Positions 13,722-27,939 of a stretch of DNA of 64,000 bases are shown here, in pieces. The DNA lies in the NCBI GenBank assembly GCA_964057225.1, contig OZ059895.1, forward strand, positions 16,430,001 through 16,494,000, read 5' to 3'. The position numbers were made by a program, and so were the translations under genes. The stretch is from Auanema rhodensis. Lineage: Eukaryota > Animalia > Nematoda. The notes under the pieces are model-generated. The model did not search any database, was not told the DNA's origin, and saw only the letters and a list, made by a program, of their open reading frames with translations. Within the stretch, counting starts at the first letter, position 1, and each line of letters opens with the position of its first letter.

Positions 13722-14257
13722 TAGAGATGAAGTGAAGGTACATAGGATGTTATCATAACTTTACAAGATGTTTTTGGAAAAGTGAAGTTCAGGATGTCAA
13801 AACTGAAGTCAAATTGAGAGGCCATTACCCTCACATAACTGAGACAGATAGATACTCATGTAGACAGACATACACACAGAGAGACACTATCAATGCACAA
13901 AGTTGTTCGAGACACTGTGTGTGCGATAAGAGGCATCGAACTATGAACAATGAGTGTTCGAAAATGATACTAAAAGAGATTTTTAGGCTTTGCGAAGAGT
14001 GTGTTAGATCTTGAACTGGATTTTCATTAGGATGAAACATCAGAGCTACGATGATGATGATGATGCTGTTGTTAGATGATCATCGAGCTGCAAAAATCAG
14101 CACGAACACCAGATATGCTCATTCGTGGGTTAGAAAGTCTTGGAGGTTCACGTAGGCGGGTACGATCTTCTCAGCTGAACGGTATTGTACACGTCGAATC
14201 TGTAAAAACAAGCATTTGGTGTGAGGTTGATATGCACGTATAACACAAAAAAGAGAG

Positions 14258-14260
<3 letters not shown>

Positions 14261-14302
<42 letters not shown>
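14261..14302. repeat. (AG)21 microsatellite
   Basis: Read directly. Confidence 0.95.
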
Positions 14303-14305
<3 letters not shown>

Positions 14306-14698
14306 TCATTCTCTTTGTGTTTAAGAGAATACGAGGGAAAAGCGCAGAAGAGAGAAATGGAAGAGGAAGCAAGGAAGCTGATGATGTGTAGTTGTTGGTC
14401 GTCTAACTCTCAGATTTGAAGTAGCTAAGAAGTGGCAGAGGATACGGACACTCATTCTCATGCTCATTCACATGTTCAACCACTTGAAATGTCCGTGTTA
14501 ACATTGCAAAAACATCAAGCAAAGAAGGATTTTAAATGAATGAGTTATGTGATATGGGATTAATGACAAGTCGCTTAACTATACCAATAGGTTAATGTTT
14601 TAAACAGAGAGAGAGAGAGGAAGATAGAGAGGGAGAGTTAGAGAGAAAGTCTCGTCCCCCTCTCGCTCTTTATCCTTTTTTCTTCCTGTATATATAAA

Positions 14699-14705
<7 letters not shown>

Positions 14706-14768
<63 letters not shown>
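14706..14768. repeat. (TA)31 microsatellite, the longest perfect repeat in the window
   Basis: Read directly. Confidence 0.95.
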
Positions 14769-14773
<5 letters not shown>

Positions 14774-16564
14774 AGGACAGGAAGGAAGAGGATATAGAGC
14801 TGGTACTGCTGTTGCTGTTGCTGCTGGTGGTGGTGGTAGTGTTAGCACTGATGCTGATGCTGTAGACAGCATGCTGTTAGCCGTCAGGTAATGCTAGACG
14901 AGAGCCGCAATTTTCAGTGTTGCCGTTTCGACATACAGCCAATGAGAGAGAGATAGAGCTGAAGCTGATGAACATCAGATACAATCACTATCTGATTGAT
15001 GTATCTTGCTTGAAGTTGGAGATGTTGAAGGAAAGAAGATGAAGAAGAAAAAAAAACGAAATTTTGCTTTTGTCTCAACGGCTTTCTAACACGTTTTGTT
15101 CAATCAACTTGAATTATTGAAGAGAATGTAAGCATAAGCATGATGTTGAAGAATTTTGAATCTGACGCATTGCTGTTAGATGATGATTGACAGAAGGTAT
15201 AATACAAGCTACAAGTTAGTTACTAATAGTTAGTAAGAAATAGAAAAAAGAAGATTTATTCATTGATGTTTGAATGATGTTAGTTCATTATAACATCATT
15301 AACTATATGATATAATCTAACTATTTCATCTATTATCTCATATATTATATGAAAAATATGTTTTTTTGAACCAAAATCACATTAGTCAAAGGTCATTTAC
15401 ATATCGTTTTGATAGTAAATCTGATGGAATTTGGTCATTTATTGAACAGACAACCTGTTATTGCGACAGCAACAAGTCAAAATGAACAACTCTCACGTGA
15501 AACAATGATATTACGTGAACAACTGTGTACTACCGTACTCTTACAACCTCAATCACTCTCTCTCCCTCTCTTTCTCTCCTCTTATACATCTCCATATCTA
15601 TCATATCTCCAGTCGTCTCCCCCTCCCCCTCCCCCCCTCTTTCTCTCTCTCTTTCGCTCATTCTCTCTTTTGGCTTTCGTTTGAACACAAATTTGCTCGC
15701 AAATTGTAAATTGAAACGCTGCTTTGTATTTTTTCCTGTTTCAATTCGACTGTACATATTAGAGATCACATAGTTAGTGATTGGATAAACAAATATTAGA
15801 TGAAAGACAATGTCGGATCAGTTGAATGCTTTCCAGCTTATCTTAACGACTGAAAAACGTGTCAAGTAGCTGATAATGACGATGGCAATGTATGAGATAG
15901 ATTCTGACGACAGCTTGACGACGACATCGTCAAGCTGACCGACAACATATCCAGCACATCAGACTACATTCATCACGTACGATCTTATAAGAGAGGATAA
16001 TGCAGAGGAGGTACATAGCATCTTCATCCGGATGAGACGATTGCGCGCGCACTCACACACAGCAGACAGCCATCCTGCAGCAATCTCTCTCTCTCTCTCT
16101 CCTCCCTCGTTTCATTCCAGAACATCAGACTGTCTGAACAGAAGACCATTGACAGTATTGCGTCTATGCTCGTTTTACAGCTGTGTTGTCCAGATACATA
16201 CAAGACATTGGAGTAAGAGATAGGTTAAGTAAGACATCAGCGAGCAACTCTCATTGAAGAGTCTGTTGAAGAAGACGATTGTCTCTCATGTCATTCATGT
16301 CATTCTGCCTATCTTCCCTTATCTCCTTTACTTGGTTTCTTGCTCAGTAGTTCAGTGAACAGACTGTTCGAAGTTGCACAACGTGAAGCCGAAATGTGAG
16401 GATGATGCTGATGCTTGTGAGATCAAATTTCGATTTATGTTTAACAGAGTTTTGTATATATGAAGTTACATGTGCTGTTAGACCAGAAACAGAAATAACA
16501 TTGACAATCTATCAACTTCTATCTAGCTGTTCAACAACCTTTGGTGTATTCTATTACCTCTCAC

Positions 16565-16567
<3 letters not shown>

Positions 16568-16611
<44 letters not shown>
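16568..16611. repeat. (CT)22 microsatellite
   Basis: Read directly. Confidence 0.95.
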
Positions 16612-16622
<11 letters not shown>

Positions 16623-17329
16623 CTACTACTCTTTAGATTCCTCTCTTTGATGTGTATATATGCATGTCGTCGTTCAAACTTTGTTCAAGCCATCGTTCCA
16701 ATTGCTTTTGATTAGGTATTTTCGGTCAAAATAGGAAGACACTGAGCCTCCTGTCACGAGATAGCAGTTACCGATGACAAACTGAGAGTAGTGAATGAAA
16801 GAGGAAAAGCTATCCTGACATATATATGAAATCAATGAAAATCCGGTTACGGCTTGTTGATGATGATATCAACAATTCTCGGTAATGCATGTATGATGTA
16901 TCTTGTTAGATTATTGATTAACATAGTTTATAACCTATTTTAACTATGCTTATATAGTTAGAGAAAGAGAATATAAGAGCTATTGTCTGATGATTTGCAC
17001 AATGCTCACAACTGAAAGACGATGATCGATCGGCACATATGTAGCTTCTAGATCGTGAACTGCGTCTGTCTTGCCTTACATGCCAAGGTACATATGCCGG
17101 CAGGCGGCTCATATACCGAAGCATATCAGCCTAAGTAAGCCTGACCACCCGCTGGTTTAGATGGCAACTGTCGACTATGAGCCAAAAGGCTATCTGTGAT
17201 GACTTGCACACAGCAACCCAATATCTAGGGTCTGAGCAGTTGGAGCACTGTTGAGCAGCTTGTGGATGAATGATCAGCAAGATGTTTCTGTTCTAATATC
17301 CTGTATCCATGTATGGATATCAAAAGATT

Positions 17330-17366
<37 letters not shown>

Positions 17367-20300
17367 TAAAAGAGAACATAGAAGATCAGTATAAGGTTTT
17401 AGAACCTGGAGACACAAAACCTGTTACTCCTTAAAGGACTTTTAGTGGAATAAGAAAGAGCTCTTGAGTAATAAGCAGGAAATGATCCTATTATTATATA
17501 GCATAGTTAACTAGTCTATATACTATAATCTTTATGAAAGAAGAGAAAGATCAGAGAGAAGGTCGCTTAAGAGAGACAGAAAGAAGATCGTATTCATTGA
17601 AGTCAATTGCCTTAGAAGGCTGTTTGGAATCTGTTACAAGAGCAGTGATACACACATATTCAAGGGAACAACATGCAAGTTTATAAGAAGAGATTGATGA
17701 ACTCTCCCTCTCTCTCTGTCTCTCAGTCTCTCTCTAAATCAGTAATTCTTCCTTGTCTATTTTGAGATCAGAATACATGACTACAGGACAGCAATCTTAC
17801 ATCATCATCATCATCATCATCATCAAGTCTCATCCAATCTCATGATGATGATGATTATTGAGGAAGTTAAAGAAAGAATAATCAAAGTAGAATTTTGGTA
17901 ATGATGAGAAAGAACATCAATCGTTTTGAAACAAAATGAAAATTTCAATTGAAATCATGCCAAATATGGAAACAGACTAGAAATTGCAACAGAGCTTGAA
18001 AAGTTGGATTGATGATTTCCGTAGTTGGTGGGAAAATGTAACACACACTCGGTGTGGGAAAAAGCAGATTAGACCCTGAGGGTAAAAAGAACGAATAAGA
18101 GTGAAAACGATTGAAAAGAAAATGAGTTTGTTAGATGATGTTGACGATTACTGCCTGATGATGATGAAGAAGAAGACGATGACAATGTAGTTGCAGAAAA
18201 ACTGAGTAAGTGACAATGGAAGCAAAGTTCACGGCCAAGCTGTCACATTAAGGCATAAAGTTGAAACATACATGTGTTAGACTGTATACAGGTATAGGCA
18301 TATAGAATAAGTTTATAAGATAATAGCTACATCAATTGGATGTTGTTGAGATGATGTGTGATACTGGGTGGGAGTGGACGATATGCGGTGCTAGTACCAT
18401 CATCACCAAGCTCATCGCATCAGTATCATCAACATACACATCATTATTGTCTCGTTTTCTCCCCTCTCTTCTTCTTCTGCTCACCCTTTAGCCTCCATAT
18501 CATCTATGTAAATAGATGGGTTAGAGGGAAAGAGATTCAATCTCAAGCTGCTTAAAACACTAAAAGAGCTGGTAGACTTAAAGAAAGAGAGAGAGAGAGA
18601 GAAAAGGAGGGTGACAGTCTATATTCTTTTCAATGTGACGACAATCATCTTATACACTAGAAGATTCATTCTCTCTCTCTCTCTCTCTCTCCATCTTTAT
18701 CGCCTATTTTCAGCTTTCAAATACAATACGATCAATCTCTTTCTCTCTCTATTTTCTCACCCTTTCAAGTGGCTGTGAATATCATCACCAAATCGTTTTC
18801 ACATTATGAAGATTGCTTCAACGACGACAAAGCATCAGAATCGTTTTCTTCGTTGGAGAGCAAAGCACATTTTGTCACATTTAACTGAAACCTATCAGCA
18901 TGTCGCCTTGTATGATGATTGAACCTTATTAGGTCGTTACCTAGTGCTAGCCAGACGATGTTACTCTGCTACATCTGCGCATCGTTCATCATCATCTGTG
19001 AATGAAGGCATGTTGCTGAAAGCTAATGCTGATGCCATTGAAGTAGTTTCAATCACATCATCAACTAACTCATCACATAGCTTTACCAGGCAAGACTTGC
19101 CTGGTATTGCCATCTATTGGCCATAACAATCAGTCGTTTAACATCCGGATGTTCTCGGAAATTGAAAACGCGTTGTGTTGGACGGCAAAAACTTCCGTTC
19201 TGAAGCTTAGTTTTGGGAGAGTCTAACATGTCAGCAGTTCTTGAACAACTATATAGAGCGAAGTCGCAAAAAAAGGAGAAAGAGAGAAGAGAGGAAAGAG
19301 AGAAAGAGAAGAAGAGAAAGAGAGAATGAAGGACGAGAACGAATAGAAGATGTTAGATGCTGCTGTAGCCTACAAGCTCTAGCAGATCTGATTGCATGAC
19401 CCAGGAAATCAGTCTGATATGCCATAGATAGGATCAAGATACAGCAATGCACAGGAAGTTCTATACGAGGATGATGACACAACAAACAACAAGAAGACGA
19501 CGATGATGTCGAATTGTGGTGGTGTTCCCGTTGTGGTAATGATGATGAGGATAGGCAAATGGAGGTTGGGGAGAGTAAGGCTTCAACATATACTAGATGA
19601 TCATCAAAAAGACAAACGAAATAGGTGTAGAATGAGAAGCGTATATGGGAATATAGAAATATAAATTGTCTAGTATATATAGTTAGTATAAACAATCTAG
19701 CAACTTGACTCATCAACAACACATAATGTGTAAAGCAATATGAGATACGGTGCAAAGTAGTAGCTGTGAAGTCATTAGGGCTATTAGGATAGTGAATGAC
19801 AGATGTGAAGCTGCTAGCTGTGCATACACACGTTCTGACACACACACACTGTTATTCCGTTTATCGCTTTACCATATTTGAAGATTTGGAGATGATTGTA
19901 AACAGATCTCATACCGTGTCTCCCTCATTCTCTCTCTCTCTCTCCCTCTCTCCCATTTTCTCTTTCTATCTCTGTGTATTTCTTCCTCGTTACTATTGCT
20001 GTCGATGATTTGGAAGCGATTAATCAGAACGTTTGTGCTGCTGCAAACCACAACCGACACTGTCGTATAACATGTCCAGCTGAGCAGCAACATGTACAAA
20101 TCAGAGGACGAATGAGACTGTCCAATCATAGTCAACATGATTTCAAGAGATATCCTCAAATATTTCATTCAAATGATGATGTCCAAGCTTGACACATGCT
20201 GCGGACTGTTGATGATGTTCCTGCTGCTTATGCAAATCATACTAGCACATTGTGACGAATATTTACTACAAATGATCCTGAGGGTACGTACAGAGGAAGA

Positions 20301-22688
20301 AGAGGAGAGATGTAGTATCTGCTGTAAGTGATGATGATTACATGAATTTCTCTTCATTTCAGAGGATTAGAACATTCATTCTTCCTACAAACTGCAACAT
20401 CATCATCCACATATGCTGATACTTAGAGAGTTTCGCAACAGCTTTGGCCTTTCAGCTAACCGATATGAGCTCATAGTTAAAAGAGGAAGAGAACGAATGA
20501 GCAGAATGGTTTGACAGGATATTAAGAGATTTCAAATCAATTGCCATGTTCATCACATCATTAGCAATTGTTCATTATGATTATCTCCGGATGCTTATGG
20601 ATCAGGGATTACATAAGATGTATCCGGACGGCAATTTCAAATGGATTCCACCTCGATTATCTGGTTAATGTTTCTCGGCAAGTCATCTAATCATTGTCGT
20701 TCATGAACTACTTAGAAGCACCTGTCTTACAAGGCTCACTGCCTTCAGATAATTCCTGCTGTCCAGATCATAGGTAGTTGATCCAGTCACCGATACTGTA
20801 ATTAGATAGTTGCCGATGTCTCAAGAATGAGAGAGAGAGGGGGAGGGCGGAGAGAGAGCAGAAGACCTAGTGAGACGACACAATCCGGTAATGCTATCAT
20901 AGGAAGACCGGTTAACGGATTGAGCATATAGCACATACCTATGAGAGAGAGAGAGAGAAGGGGGGTCGATTAGCAGGATGGCCGATAGTAGGGCCGGGTG
21001 CTATGTAGGTTTCATCAACCTACCAGCTCATAGGCTCTCTGTCGGATAGATGATTCATCCTGAAAGAGGATTAACCTGTTGAACTTGCAAGGAATAATCT
21101 ACAATCGTCGTTTGTCCTTTAATTTATACGAAAAGAAGTAGAATTTTATGAAGATAGGTAATAACTAAGTCGTCTAAGATGACATGAGATGATGATGAGA
21201 TCTATAAGATTATGTTTTGGATCAAATCCATTGTTTTTGAATATAAATCCTTTTTTCTCTCTATTCTTGTTTATGAAAAACAAAGGTGGGAAGAACGGGG
21301 GGGGGAGATTTGAGAAAGATAGAGAGAATATGAAAATCAATTTGAATAGATTTCATGATTTACGTGCAACATTGTCATTAACTTTCTGTTATGCTTCTCT
21401 CTCTCTCTCTCCCTTTCTCTCTCTCACCCTCTCTCTTGCTATTGTATGTATGTATTCAGAAAAAGATAATGTTCAAATGACCACGTAATACATCTAATGA
21501 ATATTGACAAAAACAAAAAAAAACAATTTGAATAGAGAGATATGGTAAGAGAAATCGAGAGAATGGGTGGTTTCTGAAGAAATGAGGCTGATGTGATGAG
21601 GGGGGTCTGTAAGTGGTAAAGAGGTGATGAGATCATATTGTTCAGAACAATTCTATAAAGAATCATGTGGTTATTCTCTGTCTCATAGTTTGTATGAAAA
21701 GATTGAAATACATCGAAAGAGAAAGGCACACATATAGAGAGAGAGAGAGACTTGTGAACTACGAGAGAAAAGAGACGTAGAGGTTGATGAAGGCAGATGT
21801 GACGACGGTAATGCGTTTTTGCACTCAAATTCTGTTAGATGTCTGTATATGTATATGTATGTATATGTTCATTTTTCATAATACAACACCATATGTGGAG
21901 AATTGACAAGTAAAAGTTTGAAAGATTTGTTGTATTTTGGCATCTTGTATTCAATGCAAATGAAGAAAGATGATTGTATTTTTGGTATATGGGTGGCTAT
22001 GTGTGTGTGTGTGTGTGTATAGATTAGTTCTGTATGGTAAAAGACAGTAAAGATCATCTTACCATCGTTATATTGAAATATTTTTTGAACAAAAAGGGTG
22101 GTCACAGATGGTTATAAGAGTTAAATGAATAAAAATAAGCGAAAGAGAGAGAGAGAGAGGGAGAGAAGACACAGGGACCAGTGAGAGCTGAGCTACATGT
22201 AAAGATCGTTGGAAGAAATAAAAGAAGAAAAATCATTTTCAAGGTTTTCATAACATGAAGAGATGAAGGAAAGATGGTAGATGAAGCAGCAGATGGCATG
22301 TTGAAGTCATTTGGAGTACCGAAAATCATACCAAAAGACGCGTAATGAAGTGTGTAGCCGTGAGGGAAAAGGTTAAGTGAAGACAATCGACTGACTCTTA
22401 TTTGAAAGATAAAAATGAGAATAATTGTCAATTGGATAGATCTATATGTGAATTGATAGATAAATAGATGAAATTGAAATGAATGAGGAAGAAGAAGAAG
22501 AAGATGATGAGGTTGATGTTGATGATGATGATGAGGTTGACGATGAAGATATAGCTATTCAATAGAGATAGATGAGAAGATTCAAGAATGAAAGTTTGTC
22601 AGCAGAAAATAAACGAAAACGTTTTTCAGTGAGCAAAAGGAGAGGAGAAAAACATAAGAGATAATGAGATATCGGGAGAGGAATAGAA

Positions 22689-22719
<31 letters not shown>

Positions 22720-23727
22720 TGAGGGCGATTTTGAGATGCAAACTCCGAGAGTAGAGAACATGACAGTCTGTGATCAGAAAAATTCGGACTAACACATATA
22801 CACGGAATACATCTTGTGTGCCTTAACATCTGTTTTGGCTCTTGTGTCGTTGAAATCAGATCAGAAGCCTTAGAATGACTTGGCTCAGGGAGGCTGAATG
22901 ATGAAACAAACTATTGTATACTTCATACATACATATACACAACAGAATGTGTCTGTCAGGAAATAAAACAGGAGAGAGAGAGAGAAGAGTTTTGAATTGA
23001 ACACAACCGTTCCAAATCGTATCAACAAAGTAGAATGTCTTTTACGTGACGTACGTGTCGTACGTGACTTCAACATGGCTTTTGTCGACCGACCTTGTGT
23101 AGAACACGTCAACTTCACGTGCACATATGTATATGCAAATGCATCTAATAGATAAGAGATTTCAGTAGATGTGAGATATTGGATGAAGCTTGAGTTAGCT
23201 CAATATCAAATGAAATCCTGATATCGAAGAGATGAAGCATATACGTTTAACTATACTCATGCGAATGAATATGACGATGACTAGACTGAAATCGAACTAG
23301 CCAAACATGAAGATGAGGATGACGCTGTCGTCGGGACAGCGTTTGTCTGCTCATTCGTCTCAAAAAGCTTCATCTGACTATTGGACAGGAAGTTAAGGAC
23401 AAGATAGTTATTAGCATATAGACAAGATGGCTTAGCTAATCCTTCGTTTAGCTTCATGTTCCACAATACTCTTGAGAAATAAAAGAAGACGAAAAAAAGG
23501 AAAAAGGTTAAAAGCTGAAGATGCATATGTCCTCGTCATCGTTGTCATCATCACAGTTCCGGAGACATGTCGTCATCGTATGCTGTGTCTGCCATAAGGC
23601 TTTCTCATGTAGACGAAGGCTGCATACGGTCAACGATCTCTGTCATATCTGAAAAAAAAGAAAATTACAATTAACCATAATCATATAGTTAGACAGTATA
23701 TATTGAGAAAATTAAAGTAAAAAAAAC

Positions 23728-23730
<3 letters not shown>

Positions 23731-23768
<38 letters not shown>
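23731..23768. repeat. (GA)19 microsatellite
   Basis: Read directly. Confidence 0.95.
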
Positions 23769-23769
<1 letters not shown>

Positions 23770-26700
23770 GAGAAGAAAACATAGATTAATGAGCTACAAA
23801 AGAAGTAGTTGAAAGAGTTTGAGATGAATGAAACAGATGACTCCACATAAATCTCACAAAAAGTGACAGAAACATTTCACATAAAATAACTGAACAAATC
23901 AAATTGTCTTAATGTTTTTACTCAAAAACGATTAATCTATGTCTCTTATGTTTATATAGTTAATCTAACTATCTACTCATTCTACTATCCTTTTCTTATA
24001 ATTTCAATTTATTTGAAGATCATTTCATATAACTATAACATGAAATGACACATGTGATTGCCAGTCAGTGTATCTGCTTCCGAGATGAGAGCCACACAAC
24101 CATACTAAGCTATGCCAAGCAGATAGGCAACAAACGCATGTCACTTCATTCTCTCTTAGAATATACAGTGTGCATAGCCTGAAGTAATCTGGAAAAGTAA
24201 GAGAACGAATCATCTGTCAATCCTTCAACACAACGTCTAGCCAAATGGCGCCAAATGACAAATTTTCAATTGAAACATATAGTAATTGAATAAAAAGAAA
24301 TATAATACATATAGTTAGTACTAACTATATTCATATAGTTTATACTATATATATATTTGATTTTGTTTTCTTTCAACTACAAACTACATAGTTCATGAGA
24401 ATAATGTTTGCTTTTATGATTTCTTATATTCTTCAGACTATCATCAGACTCACATACTCACATACACATCCATATACGCGACTCATATTTCGTTTTTTTT
24501 TTCTTTTAAATAAGATTATTCTATTGATTTTTTCTTTATTATTATTATTATTATTATTATATGTATATAGTTAAAATATTTATTTATATTATATGTTATT
24601 GGACTAAATTTATATTTGGAATTAGTTGAATATGAAGTTTCTAAACTTATCATCTTCTTTCCGTCATCCACACCTTCGTGTATGACCCCCCCCCCTTCTT
24701 CTCTATTCGGTATCTTGCTCTCTCTCTCTCTCTCTTTACCTCTCTTTTTTACTTTTTCTTTGAACTTATCGCTAACAGGTAATGATTAGACGAAGTAGTC
24801 AAGTCTATCACGTCTAAACTTCGTTGTCATCGTCGGTTGTTCTTCTTCTCATCTGATGATCTGATAACCGTTTGTTCTAATACTAATCCATTTGTCCTTA
24901 ATTTTCTCTTTCTCTCTCTCTCTTTCTCACATATTCTCTCTTTATGTTTTTCTCTCTTTACTTCTTTTGAACTTTTTTTTGCCAATATTTGTTAATCCCA
25001 TATGTCGGCAAAATCTTTCGAATCATCAACGTCTTGCCTTACCTCGTTTTTCGGCCAAACCTTAATGACCTTTTACCATATTTGGTAACTTGAGCTTATA
25101 ACCGGATTACTTTATGGTGAGGGTTTGGCTGTGTGATTCCTATATAGATGTGTGTGTGTGTGTTATCGTTTAGACATTGACCGGAAAGAGCTTAACACAT
25201 AAGAAATATTTAACTATATCCCTTTGTATATGATGACTTCTGATGCGCTACAATCGGTATGTGTTTGAGTACAAAACAGATTGCTTAAGCTTTTAGCCAC
25301 CGTATTAGCTTTAAGCTTTACGACTTCAGAAACTTAATGCTTTGTCTCATCTAATGCTTACGATTTCCGGGACCAACTAGATATTGTATGTGAAATATTT
25401 GGATGATGAGCTAGAAAGAGCCAAAAGCTATTTTAAAAGCAGAGAGAGAGGGAGAGAGAGAGAGAGAAGATTTTGCTGCTTACGAGAGAACAAGAAGTTT
25501 TGAAAAGTTAAAAAGCAAATTTGTTATTGTGCTTAGCAGAAGATAACAATACTAGTTGACACATCTGGATTATCTGTCATTTTGAATGAAGAAAGACAAT
25601 AAGAAATAACATCAGCCACACACAACTACACGAGTGCTGTCTGGCTTTTGAATAGAAAAATGGAAGAAAGACTATAGAATAGAAGGAATGAAACAATCAT
25701 TGAAAACGGATAATAATGAAAACTAATACTATATGATATAGTTAAGCATAATATAGATATGAATAATAGATAAGAGATACTCAATCAGATGTTATGAGTG
25801 GCATCTGAGGATGATACTGTATATTAGCTTGTCTACATCCATTGAAACAAGTTGTTGTTTAGTCTATGCATAAGTATTGTAAGCTCATAATCAGTTTTCT
25901 CTCTCTCTCTCTCTCGCTCTCTCTCTCTCTCTTTGAATTACTCTTGAAACTCGTTAGAGGCAGGGAATGGTGTCATCAGAATCAGATCTTGAAGAACTCG
26001 TGTGTGAATACATAGATCTGTCTACTGACCCTCTTCACAATAGGCATTTACTATGTCTTCTCATAACTGTCTCTTAACTATACTATTCATAGAGTTAGAG
26101 ACAGCCGCCCGATCTGTCAGATTTTTGTATTCACAGTACTTAACGCCTGGCAAACCTATGCTGTTTTTCTAACTCATTGAGTGTCATCATCATCACTTCA
26201 CATTGACTCTCTTAGAAGCTTGCTTAAGCGAGATAGAGTAGACAGGAACAACATGGAGAGAATGAGGACCAAACGAGTGGGAGAGAATCTCAATATGTTT
26301 GGAAGAAAATAAATGTAATTCGAAGTCTATAAAGGGACAAATTATAGGAAATGTAGTAATGAATCTAACCCGTAGAGTAAGTTGGCAGCATTATACCGCC
26401 TGAGGCATGGAATCCTCAACTCATATAATTATGAAATTTGATTGAATACCTCATTGAAGAAATGTTTTGCGGTTAAACTAAATTGTTTTTCTTATGTTTG
26501 GTTAAGTTCTCTCTCTCTCTCTATGTCTTCCTCTCCTTGTTTCCTCAACTTGACAAAACTCATCGAAGTGTGTGTATCGTGATCGTGTTGCTTTCAAACT
26601 AATTAATAGCCACAATCTAGATTGACATTAGTGGTGTTAGGTGTGAAAAATGGTCTGACGAGGTTAACTGAGAAAGAGAAATTTGCTTTTCAGAGATAGA

Positions 26701-27896
26701 ATATAGCTTTGAGAGAGTAATAGTGATGTGGCTGACTGATTGTATGTGTTAGACAGATGAGGCAGTTGCTGTGCTTCGTCTTCTTCGTCTTTTTCTTCTT
26801 CACCTTCATCTTCATCTTCATCTTCCTGTGGTCTGCTTTTCATTCAACATATAATCAGATATGTTACAGATAGTAGAGAGGTAAGAGAGAGGTGATGTTG
26901 GTAGAATAGGTTGGAAGGTTTTGCTTCATATCTCTCTCTCTCTCTCTCTCTTTCTTTATCTTTCTATTGCCATTTGGCGTTTCTTTTCTTCTGGCAGAAT
27001 ATCAGGTAAAACGAAGATGAACAGAGGTATAAGTCAGATAGAAGCAATGATTTTGACACGAATAGCCACATAGCACAGAATGTGACAACGGAAGATGAAG
27101 ATGATACCTAAGTGACTGCTGTGGTAGATGAAGTCACTAGCTGTCTCCTTCTTCTCCTTTCTCTCTCTCTTTCTCTTTCTCTTTCACTAGTTTTACTCTT
27201 CTCTCACTTCTTCAATCCAAAAAGTTTGGGAGAGGTGTGACGCCTAAATCTCTTGTCTGAATGTGTGTATCTGTCTTCTGATATCTGCTACTACTACTAC
27301 TAACGCTGATTAGAACAACTGCTCTTCACACTTGTCGTGATTGTGATGACAAGATATAGATATCTTAGAACATATTGGTAAAAGGGGTGGTTGAATGAGG
27401 TTGATGAAGCTTCTCAGGGACTTCTTGAAAGGTGGACAATGCTCAAGCGAAATGGGAAAAGAAAGAAAGTCAGAGAAGTGTGAAAGAAGGTAATGCTTGT
27501 AACTGAAAGAGGAATCTTTTCTCTTCAGCATGAGCCTCTGTGCTTGGCTCAACATGTTGAGAAATTCAACGAACAGAACTTTCCATTCATGTTTCTGCAA
27601 TTCTCAGTAAAATGCCGGCAAACTATCATATTTCAAATATTAGTGTTCTGAAGATAAACCAGGAATAAACCGATGCTATCATCAGATTATTCAGAATCTT
27701 TTTTAACTTATAACAAGTTGTGTATTAACTATACGTTGTATTAACTATATGAATGTTGTGGTCGTGTAGTACATCACATTGACAAGATGATAGCTGTGGT
27801 GTGATGTGTATGTGAGGTTGCATATTCAGATGAATTATGATGTTGACTAGTAATCTTTCTTCTTCTGAATCACAGCTTTCTATCTTTTGTTCATAT

Positions 27897-27900
<4 letters not shown>

Positions 27901-27937
<37 letters not shown>
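27901..27937. repeat. (TC)18 microsatellite
   Basis: Read directly. Confidence 0.95.
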
Positions 27938-27939
<2 letters not shown>

